From a virus, in the IMG/VR virus record IMGVR_UViG_3300016472_000940, positions 32,001 to 96,000 of that record: a stretch of DNA of 64,000 bases; one strand, written 5' to 3'. Under the pieces are notes generated by a model. That model was not told the origin of the DNA, did not search any database, and saw only the letters and a list, made by a program, of their open reading frames with translations. The translations under genes were made by a program, and so were the position numbers. Within the stretch, counting starts at the first letter, position 1, and every line of letters begins with the position of its first letter. Below are positions 56,177 to 64,000 of the stretch, in pieces.

Positions 56177-58432
56177 ATGAGCACTCAGATTTATGTAAAG
56201 AAACGTAGCGGAAACCCTGAAAAGTTTAACATAGAAAAAATTCATAAAGTTATTTCTTGGGCAATCGAAGGTCTCGAGGGTGTAAGTCTTTCAGATATTG
56301 AAATTAACGCTAAGTTAAATATGGTTGAAAATATTTCAACCCGTGAAATTCATCAGAGTATTATTGAAGCTGCGGCAAATCTTATATCTGTTACTGCTCC
56401 AAATTATCAATTTGTTGCAGGTCGCTTGTTAAATTATCAATTGCGTAAAGACGTTTGGGGCGGTAAGCACCCGCCTCGCCTGATCGACACCATACATAAC
56501 GGCATCAAAAAGAAAATATATGACCCAGTCATTATAGAAAAATATTCTGAAGATGAAATCAATAAGATTGGAGAGTTTATTGACCATGAGCGTGATTTTA
56601 TTTTTACGTACGCTGGCATAAAGCAGCTTTGTGACAAATACTTAATTAAAAACCGTACAACCGGTATTATACATGAAACACCGCAATTTGCCTACGTTCT
56701 TATTGCAGCGTACGCTTTTGCAAATTATCCAAAGGCTAGTCGATCAACCTATATTCGTAGGTTTTATGACGCTATTTCAAAACATAAAATTAATTTACCT
56801 ACACCAATTATGGCCGGTGTAAGAACAGTATCTCGTGGTTATGCTAGCTGTTGTTTAATAGGTGTTGATGATACAAAAGAATCTATTACTGCATCTGGCA
56901 CGGCAGTTTCGCTTGCAACAGCTAGTCGCTGCGGTATCGGCATTGATATTTCACGAATAAGGGCGATTGGTTCGTCTGTTAATGGGGGCAGTGTTGTGCA
57001 TACAGGGGTTATTCCGTTCCTAAAGATATATGAGGCATCCGTTAAAGCGTGGCAGCAAAATTCTATTAGAGGGGGTTCAGCAACAATAAATGTACAATGG
57101 TGGCACTATGAAATTGAAGATATTGTTGTTCTAAAAAATAATGCCGGTACAGATGATAATAGAGTACGAAAGCTAGATTATACGATTGGAATGTCAAAGT
57201 TGTTTTATGATAGAGTTATAAAAAATGAACAAGTAACATTGTTCTCACCGCATGAGGTGCCTCACCTCTGGGAGGCGTGGGGCACACCAAAATTTAGTAA
57301 AATTTATGAAGAATGTGAAAGCGATAGAAAAATTAAGTTTAAGAAAAAAATATCTGCGAGAAAGCTTTTTTCTTTAATTGTAAAGGAGAGAGTTGAGACA
57401 GGAAGAATATATATTCTTAACGTTGACTGCGCTAATGAGCATGGTGCTTGGCTTGACCAGGTCACAATGTCAAATTTGTGTACAGAAGTCATACACCCCT
57501 ACATACCGTTAAAAGATTTTCACGATACTGATGCAGAAATAGGTATGTGTATATTATCGGCTGTTAACATGTTAGAGATTAAAAATTGGAACGAATTAGA
57601 AAGAGTTTGTGAGTTAATTGTTAGGTTTTTAGACGAAATAATAGATATCCAGGATTACTTTAACAAGGCGGCTGAAAATTTTGCTAAAAAGCGTAGAAGT
57701 TTAGGAGTAGGCATAACCAACCTCGCTGCGTTTTTAGCAAAAAATGAGCTAAGATATACAGGCAGTAAAACATTACCAGCGCTTGATGAATGGATGGAGC
57801 ATTTTCAATACTATCTACTCAAAGCTAGCGTTCAAATAGCAAAAGAAAAAGGTAAATGCGAGAAATTCCATCACACAAAATATTCCAAAGGCATCTTACC
57901 TATAGACACATACAAAAAGAAGGTTAATGAGCTAGTACGTAGAAAGCTTACATTAGACTGGGAGCAATTGAGAACAGATATAAAAGAACATGGTCTAAGA
58001 CACAGCACTATGTCGGCTATAATGCCGTGTGAATCAAGCTCAGTTGTCCAAAACTCCACTAATGGTGTTGAGCCAATAAGATCCTTAATAACATATAAAA
58101 TGTCTAAGATGGGTAAGCTTCCTGTATTGGTACCCGGAATAGGAAAATACGAACAAAATTACGAACTAGCATTTAACTTGCAAGATAATACAGGTATTAT
58201 CAATGTAAATGCAATATTGCAAAAATATATTGATATGGCTATCTCTACAAACATATATTACAACTATAATCACTATCCAAACCATGTTTTACCTGATGCA
58301 AAAGTTATGAAAGAGATAATGTATGCATATAGTACAGGTCTTATAAGTTTATACTACAACAATACTGATGATGGCGACAAGGAACAGTCAATAAAAGAAG
58401 ATGCCTGCAGTAGTGGCGCTTGCAAACTTTAG
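56177..58432 (+). CDS. nrdA: ribonucleotide reductase class Ia alpha subunit
   Basis: ATP cone VKKRSG, PTPIMAG, ASCC, SNLCTE, LYY, C-terminal CSSGACKL. Confidence 0.97.
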   Translation: MSTQIYVKKRSGNPEKFNIEKIHKVISWAIEGLEGVSLSDIEINAKLNMVENISTREIHQSIIEAAANLISVTAPNYQFVAGRLLNYQLRKDVWGGKHPPRLIDTIHNGIKKKIYDPVIIEKYSEDEINKIGEFIDHERDFIFTYAGIKQLCDKYLIKNRTTGIIHETPQFAYVLIAAYAFANYPKASRSTYIRRFYDAISKHKINLPTPIMAGVRTVSRGYASCCLIGVDDTKESITASGTAVSLATASRCGIGIDISRIRAIGSSVNGGSVVHTGVIPFLKIYEASVKAWQQNSIRGGSATINVQWWHYEIEDIVVLKNNAGTDDNRVRKLDYTIGMSKLFYDRVIKNEQVTLFSPHEVPHLWEAWGTPKFSKIYEECESDRKIKFKKKISARKLFSLIVKERVETGRIYILNVDCANEHGAWLDQVTMSNLCTEVIHPYIPLKDFHDTDAEIGMCILSAVNMLEIKNWNELERVCELIVRFLDEIIDIQDYFNKAAENFAKKRRSLGVGITNLAAFLAKNELRYTGSKTLPALDEWMEHFQYYLLKASVQIAKEKGKCEKFHHTKYSKGILPIDTYKKKVNELVRRKLTLDWEQLRTDIKEHGLRHSTMSAIMPCESSSVVQNSTNGVEPIRSLITYKMSKMGKLPVLVPGIGKYEQNYELAFNLQDNTGIINVNAILQKYIDMAISTNIYYNYNHYPNHVLPDAKVMKEIMYAYSTGLISLYYNNTDDGDKEQSIKEDACSSGACKL

Positions 58433-58451
58433 TATATAATAAATATAGCTT

Positions 58452-59516
58452 ATGAAGTCTGTCTTAAACCTAAAAAATATTGATCATACCAAACAGCCAC
58501 TTTTTTTTGGTGAAGATCTCAACCTACAACGATATGATAGGTTTAAATATCCAGTATTTTTTGAGTTGTTTAAGAAACAAGAGGAATTCTTTTGGTGGCC
58601 TCATGAAATATCTCTGCAAAAAGATCGCCACGATTACCGCGAATTGAAAGGTGAAGAGAGATTTGTTTTTGACACCAATCTCAAGTTTCAAACACTCGGA
58701 GACAGTATGCTTTCCCGGTCAATACATTCTCTTAAGGACTATGTTTCGAATCCTGAGCTAGAAATCTGCATGAATACATGGCAGAGGTTCGAAGGTATTC
58801 ACAGCTACAGTTATTCCTACCTTCTAAACAATGTACATCCTCACGCCTCAACATTCTTTGATAGTATAATGGAGGATAAAGAAATTGTAAGTAGAGCTGA
58901 ACTTATTAGATCAAACTACGATAAAATTTTAGGTGACGACAACAAAAAAGATTTAAAGGAAAAGGTTTTTGATTGTATTCTTGCTGTTAACGCAATGGAG
59001 GGATTAGTGTTTTATGTATCTTTTGCTTGTTCGTTTTATTTTGGTTATCGTGGAAAAATGGAGGGCAACTCAAAAATTATTAAGTTTATTCAGCGCGATG
59101 AAGCACAACATTTCGCGATTACACAAAATCTTATTAAGATTTTAAGAGAAGAAGATGTCGAAGGCTTTACAACCGTAGCAAAAAGGAGCGAAGATAAAAT
59201 ATACGCTATATACGAACAAGCAGCTAAAAATGAAATTGAATGGGCACAATATTTGTTTAGTAAGGGATCATTACTTGGTCTGAACGCTGAGGTTTTAGGT
59301 GGATATGCCAAATGGTTATGTGATAATAGGTTGCGCTCACTTGGTTATAAGAAAATTTTTAACCAAAAGGATAATCCTATTGCTGGTTGGTTAGATAGCT
59401 ATTTAGATAGTAGCAAAGTACAGGTAGCGCCACAAGAGGCTGAAATAGGCGCATATAAGATTGCAGCCCGCGACACAACAATTACAGAAGATTCTTTTGC
59501 GGACGTCGAATTATAA
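58452..59516 (+). CDS. nrdB: ribonucleotide reductase class Ia beta subunit
   Basis: FWWP.E, EGIHSYSY, EG..FY.SFA, I.RDE..H, VQVAPQE.E...Y. Confidence 0.97.
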   Translation: MKSVLNLKNIDHTKQPLFFGEDLNLQRYDRFKYPVFFELFKKQEEFFWWPHEISLQKDRHDYRELKGEERFVFDTNLKFQTLGDSMLSRSIHSLKDYVSNPELEICMNTWQRFEGIHSYSYSYLLNNVHPHASTFFDSIMEDKEIVSRAELIRSNYDKILGDDNKKDLKEKVFDCILAVNAMEGLVFYVSFACSFYFGYRGKMEGNSKIIKFIQRDEAQHFAITQNLIKILREEDVEGFTTVAKRSEDKIYAIYEQAAKNEIEWAQYLFSKGSLLGLNAEVLGGYAKWLCDNRLRSLGYKKIFNQKDNPIAGWLDSYLDSSKVQVAPQEAEIGAYKIAARDTTITEDSFADVEL

Positions 59517-59529
59517 TAAATAATAATAC

Positions 59530-60732
59530 ATGATACCAATACTTGATAAAAGGTGGGTGAAAGACAACCAGTTACATCCTACGCTCTTTGGATTTGGCAC
59601 AAAAAATAAATTAGCAGCCAATCTACTTAATTATGTATATGGTGTGGTTATGGTGGTTGCAATGGCTTTTGCGTATCATGCCTTGAGCATTATTCTTTCA
59701 GATTGGAATAAGCTATTTGTATTTTTAGCGAGTATTGCTGTTGTAGGACTCCCATACTGTATTAAGATAGTTCTGTTTGGTAATGAAAGATTTGAGCCTA
59801 AACACGCCTACTTGTGTCTAGCGATAAGCGTTTTACCTGCTATATTTGATTTTGTTGGTTTTTACAGTGAAACAAGTATTAAGCAAACTTTAGTTCAAAC
59901 AAAGTTTCAGATCGTTGAGACTATCAATTATTTTAATACGGAGGCTAGAGCTAAACTAGAAGAAGAAAAAATAGATTTACAGAAAAAACGTGATCAAGAA
60001 TTAGCAAACATGAAAACTACTACTGCGCAAAAAATTTCTGATCTAGATGTAAGACTAACAGATGCAAAGCAAACCTATATAGACGAGACCGAGGGGGTTA
60101 AAGGCCAATATACTACTGGTAAACCAGGCTCTGGCCCACGCGCTAAGGAATATCAAGCTGAAATAAGAAAAACACAAGCAGCTAATGATTTAGAAGCCAA
60201 ACGTATTACACAACAACAACAAATTGAGGAAGAGAGAATTACTAAGGAATATGCTAAGCAAATTGAACAGTGTGATCAAGGATTACAAGAAATAAATGAA
60301 TTAGTATCGAGCGATGCTAAGCAAAAAGGACTATTATTTCAAGTAAACAATGCAACAAATTTTAATGAACTGTCAAAAGTAATTATTGTTGTAAACAATA
60401 GCATCTCTACAATTAGCTCTAAGATGGGCCTTGAACCAAAGTTTGTTTCCTATACAACTGACGATGTGATCCAATTATCTTTTGGAGCCTTATTAAGAGG
60501 CGAGATAACCGCTCTTATTTGTTTTCTTCTAGCATTTTTATTAGAAATGGTTGATACTATTATTGTGTTTATGGTTCGCGGTACACGGAAGAAACCAGAG
60601 GAAGAAGCAGTAAAAGAAACTGAAAAAGAAAAGATATTTGTTAAGACGTACAATACGGATATAATGCCAGAAAAAAGCCCAGAGATGATTGATAGCTTTT
60701 TTTACCCATATAAAAACTATACAAAAAAATAA
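59530..60732 (+). CDS. membrane protein with long coiled coil (DUF4407-like)
   Basis: Three N-terminal TMs, E.EG...TGKPGSGP.A, coiled coil, C-terminal TM. Confidence 0.65.
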   Translation: MIPILDKRWVKDNQLHPTLFGFGTKNKLAANLLNYVYGVVMVVAMAFAYHALSIILSDWNKLFVFLASIAVVGLPYCIKIVLFGNERFEPKHAYLCLAISVLPAIFDFVGFYSETSIKQTLVQTKFQIVETINYFNTEARAKLEEEKIDLQKKRDQELANMKTTTAQKISDLDVRLTDAKQTYIDETEGVKGQYTTGKPGSGPRAKEYQAEIRKTQAANDLEAKRITQQQQIEEERITKEYAKQIEQCDQGLQEINELVSSDAKQKGLLFQVNNATNFNELSKVIIVVNNSISTISSKMGLEPKFVSYTTDDVIQLSFGALLRGEITALICFLLAFLLEMVDTIIVFMVRGTRKKPEEEAVKETEKEKIFVKTYNTDIMPEKSPEMIDSFFYPYKNYTKK

Positions 60733-60762
60733 CCCTTATTGAAATAAGTAAGTATGAAGGAG

Positions 60763-60816
60763 TATTCAAATAGGGGTGGGTGGTGGGCCCGCTAGAAGAG
60801 TGGGACTATTTGAATA
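60763..60816. repeat. 11-bp perfect inverted repeat enclosing a G-rich hairpin
   Basis: TATTCAAATAG (60763-60773) / CTATTTGAATA (60806-60816). Confidence 0.8.
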
Positions 60817-60822
60817 AATATT

Positions 60823-61014
60823 ATGGTGAGCGGCAGTATGGTTGAAATGACCAATACAGATCTCTACAAACACTTTGTAAGGGTGAGAGAAGAGATTCTA
60901 AAGCATAAGTGGTGTGAAAGTGAAAAAGCACACCGAGATGTTGGATTTGAATATGCTCTTGTAGATTGGATAGTCAAATATAAAGCAACCTGGGATAAAG
61001 ATCGAAAAAACTAG
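60823..61014 (+). CDS. DUF4032-like small protein
   Basis: LYK.F...REEILKHKW.ESEKA..DVGFE.AL.DW..K. Confidence 0.7.
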   Translation: MVSGSMVEMTNTDLYKHFVRVREEILKHKWCESEKAHRDVGFEYALVDWIVKYKATWDKDRKN

Positions 61015-63398
61015 GGACCCTTCTTACAATCATTTTGCGGGCTAGCAGTATTTCTATCAATATTATTATTTTTTGTACCAGCTTGTCTAACGCCCTTATT
61101 ATCTGCAACCAGAGTTAAAGGCAAGTTTCTAAAATGATGGCTATGCGGGTAAATTATAACACCATTATCATCAGGGTAGCAATCTTTATCCGGTAAGCAG
61201 CTGTATATAGGCTCGCCGCTACCTCTAAACCCAATAACCTTTATAGTTTCATCATTACTAATACCATATACTTTAGTTAATTCTGTCTCTTGTATTTCTA
61301 CAGGAGCTGTGATATGATTAATGGAAAGTTCACCTTCTATATGTGCCCCGCCTGCGACGATAAGATTTTTTGAAACTCCTAAACTACTGTCAATCATAAC
61401 CTGAGCCATTTGACGTTGCTTTATATACACAATATCAGCTACTAAAGTAAATCTCTTACCGCCGTCCAAGTTAACTTCATTAGTACTTCCGATATTTAAC
61501 TGCTCACCAGCAACATTAACAACACTACCACCTATTTGTACAGGTCCAAATGTTTTCAAGCTTAATCCCCCTGCGCCGACCTGTAAAGTATACCTATTAC
61601 ATGCTGTAACTGTGTAATTGCCCCCAGGCAAATCGTCTACGTGGACATATTCGATTAGCGGCGATGGTTTTTGATTCTCAAAAACACCTTCCTCGTCGAC
61701 AAGTACTTGCGCATTATACATCTTACCTTTATCATCTACCCTAATACTACCAAAATCATTCATAATAAGACCTATAGTCTCAATTTTGTGCTTGGTTATA
61801 TCAACTATTTCGTGGCCACCAAGCCCTAGACCAGCCTCGCTTTTCGCCAAATCTGTTGCCTTGCTTGTTATTAACGAAGCTAGCTGTTGTTTTATAGGAT
61901 CGGGTCCCCAATTTCCACCCATGCTACTCGGACTTAGCCCTGTTCCGTTACACGCAGGACATCTTTTTGTTGTTGGGAAGGCTATTTTTTGAGGTGTACC
62001 AGGTTGAAAGACGCCACGAGGGTCTACATAAGTGTATTTTGATACCTCCGAATTAAGATTGTATCCTTTTCTGGATAGATAATCACGAGGCCGTCTTCTT
62101 GGTGGTCTTTGTCTTAAAGGAAAATCAATATCAACAGTTTCGAAAAATCCTTTATTAGGGCTAGACCCGCCACCCGGATACCCGCCAACATAAACATTTG
62201 ATATTTCAACTTTTTTAAAGGGGGTATTTTTTAATGTTGGTATTGTCTTCCCGCCTTGACAGACTGGACATTTGCCAGCTGATCCGCTCTTTTTTTGTTG
62301 TGAGCTACTAAACAAGCTATCACTACCTGTACGCTGTAATTCAAATCGTTGCTTAGCGTCAGCAATACTTTGCATGGAATCTTTCCAGTTTTGAATAGCT
62401 GATGAATCTAAACTACCAATTTTTCGATATACATCACCCCGTATTATTGTATCTCTATCCCCATCGACGTAAAAATTGTCTGCTCCGCGAACAGTTTCGA
62501 ATTTATCGCCCAAAATGAGATGCTGTTCATTAGCTGTTGCAAGATATATTGTCGCTGGGTTTGTAAATTGTATAGAACTGCCACTATAATGGGTTAGTTT
62601 AAGCGATTCTTTATTATCTGTATTAGTAAATTCAAGCGTACCACCTTTTTGATTAACGAGATATTTGTTTCTATATGTTTCGACGTTATGGTCACTTTGA
62701 CCTTGTGCTTGGCTCTTATTCTCGTACGAGTCCGGGTAGTCACTAAACTCATAAACACCCTGCCACTCTTCTGAACCATGACTTGCAGCAAAGTATACCG
62801 GGTACATGGGGTTACCATCCATAAAAAATATCCACAAATGCGACCCTACAGGGGGAATAGAAAATGATCCCTTCGCTTTATTACTGTAGGATGCAGGTTT
62901 ATAATTTTGACCATATATATTAGCTTTGTTTGTACCTGACGCACCAGGCGAAACAAAAGCATCACTAAGGGCAAAATCAGATTTCTCTAAAAGATTTGCT
63001 GGTTTTTCTCCAGTACCATCAACATTTTGGCTATATTTTGTTGGTGTAAAGTCTTTTACCGGTGTCGATGATTTAAAATCATTACTATCACTTATTGTTG
63101 ATGATTGATTGTAGGCGTTGTACCGGCCTGACGATACTTCACCAGTAATAGGTGAAGCACATTCAGCCCAGGGTAGGATATCTTTTACTTCCTCAACAAC
63201 ATCATCAAGAGGACTATCAACATTTTTACCTAAAAACTTAAATTTTTTATCTTTTGAAGTCTCTGTCCAATTACTATAGACATTTGGCGAAAGATGCGGT
63301 ACAAAGACCTTTACACGTCCTTTTTTTAGCGGGTCATTATTGGCAACACAAATGCCAAGATAATTACCATATAATTTTTGTGAATTAGGCTGCCCCAT
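61011..63398 (-). CDS. baseplate hub / central spike (T4 gp5/VgrG-like)
   Basis: YLGI.V.NNDP.K.GRVKV..P, LPWA, IPPVGS.LWIFF.DG.P.YPVYF OB-fold; later beta-helix-like repeats; C-terminal HSHH. Confidence 0.85.
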   Translation of the reverse strand: MGQPNSQKLYGNYLGICVANNDPLKKGRVKVFVPHLSPNVYSNWTETSKDKKFKFLGKNVDSPLDDVVEEVKDILPWAECASPITGEVSSGRYNAYNQSSTISDSNDFKSSTPVKDFTPTKYSQNVDGTGEKPANLLEKSDFALSDAFVSPGASGTNKANIYGQNYKPASYSNKAKGSFSIPPVGSHLWIFFMDGNPMYPVYFAASHGSEEWQGVYEFSDYPDSYENKSQAQGQSDHNVETYRNKYLVNQKGGTLEFTNTDNKESLKLTHYSGSSIQFTNPATIYLATANEQHLILGDKFETVRGADNFYVDGDRDTIIRGDVYRKIGSLDSSAIQNWKDSMQSIADAKQRFELQRTGSDSLFSSSQQKKSGSAGKCPVCQGGKTIPTLKNTPFKKVEISNVYVGGYPGGGSSPNKGFFETVDIDFPLRQRPPRRRPRDYLSRKGYNLNSEVSKYTYVDPRGVFQPGTPQKIAFPTTKRCPACNGTGLSPSSMGGNWGPDPIKQQLASLITSKATDLAKSEAGLGLGGHEIVDITKHKIETIGLIMNDFGSIRVDDKGKMYNAQVLVDEEGVFENQKPSPLIEYVHVDDLPGGNYTVTACNRYTLQVGAGGLSLKTFGPVQIGGSVVNVAGEQLNIGSTNEVNLDGGKRFTLVADIVYIKQRQMAQVMIDSSLGVSKNLIVAGGAHIEGELSINHITAPVEIQETELTKVYGISNDETIKVIGFRGSGEPIYSCLPDKDCYPDDNGVIIYPHSHHFRNLPLTLVADNKGVRQAGTKNNNIDRNTASPQNDCKKGP

Positions 63399-64000
63399 AA
63401 GTCGGTGGTGCGTATTTTACGTATTTATACGGTGATGATGGAGGATATACCTTAACAATAGTTTCTTGTGGAAAAGTATTAGTAAAACGCTTGGCCGCTT
63501 CCCTTGTTCTAAAGTATACATCTACAATCGGACGTCCACCCCCGCTTGCTTTACGAGCTTTGACGGCACCTCCCGTGTCGACAGCTAATCTAGTACCAAG
63601 ATTAGGTATAATTATACGACTTAAATATGGTATTATGCACGGATCTACCGCCGCACTAATACCCTCGGCAAGTATACGCCCTGTCGAACTCATACCTAAT
63701 GCTGTCCAAAAATCTGTACCAGGTCCCTCAGACCAATAAGCTGTCAGCCTAACAGGCAGATCAAAACCTTGGCTATTTCCCCCGCTGAACGCAGGTGAAC
63801 CAAGTTGTTGCAGTGCCCCTTGACCTGAATTATTAAAAGCAGCATTCAAGGCTTCGGCGTTTGCCATCTGTGTTGCTGTGGAGGCAATATTCTGTTGAGC
63901 GCTTGCAACAGTATTAGATATTTTACTAGCTAACGCCTGTGGGTCTCTCAAATCTCTTATGTTTTTTGGTGTTAACTGTAATGCTTTATCTAAAGATCCT
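63385..64000 (-). CDS. protein with C-terminal 3D (MltA-like) domain (5' end outside window)
   Basis: RLTAYW, STG, AAVDP.IIPY, AVDTGGAV, IVDVYF; frame stays open to window edge. Confidence 0.8.
   Translation of the reverse strand, partial: GSLDKALQLTPKNIRDLRDPQALASKISNTVASAQQNIASTATQMANAEALNAAFNNSGQGALQQLGSPAFSGGNSQGFDLPVRLTAYWSEGPGTDFWTALGMSSTGRILAEGISAAVDPCIIPYLSRIIIPNLGTRLAVDTGGAVKARKASGGGRPIVDVYFRTREAAKRFTNTFPQETIVKVYPPSSPYKYVKYAPPTYGAA

Noticed and set aside
56177-59516. Intron or intein in nrdA/nrdB
   Set aside because: Both ORFs are continuous and of normal length with motifs in order.
1-64000. Stop-codon reassignment as in some large phages
   Set aside because: Conserved genes are full length in the standard code and TAA, TAG and TGA all end genes at expected positions.

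Overview
64 kb from a large, AT-rich T4-like myophage genome; no cellular housekeeping context, rRNA, tRNA or CRISPR array was seen. Core genes are scattered on both strands: portal gp20, tail terminator gp15, gp5-like baseplate hub, clamp-loader subunit gp62, GroES-like co-chaperonin, class Ia nrdAB, a RadA-like ATPase, two deaminases and a PD-(D/E)xK nuclease. A block of about 22 kb (3.5-25 kb) encodes modular fibre/adhesin proteins (RCC1, LamG, SPRY, decapeptide repeats). Highlights: (1) most transcription units have a T4-late-type TAAATA or a T(T/G)GATT-N16/17-TAnnnT promoter 4-9 nt before the start codon with no Shine-Dalgarno, so the mRNAs look leaderless, and the phage encodes its own ribosomal protein bS21; (2) a 13 kb tailoring-enzyme island (37.7-50.9 kb) behind a fibre gene, containing two diverged copies of a module with a possible ABBA-prenyltransferase-fold protein, a sterol/tocopherol-type methyltransferase and an unknown protein; (3) several late proteins, including a SleB hydrolase and a flavoprotein, start with T4 capsid-targeting-like peptides; (4) DUF4032-like and 3D-domain genes hint at a Verrucomicrobiota host. 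All family calls come from motif recognition by eye; no searches were run.
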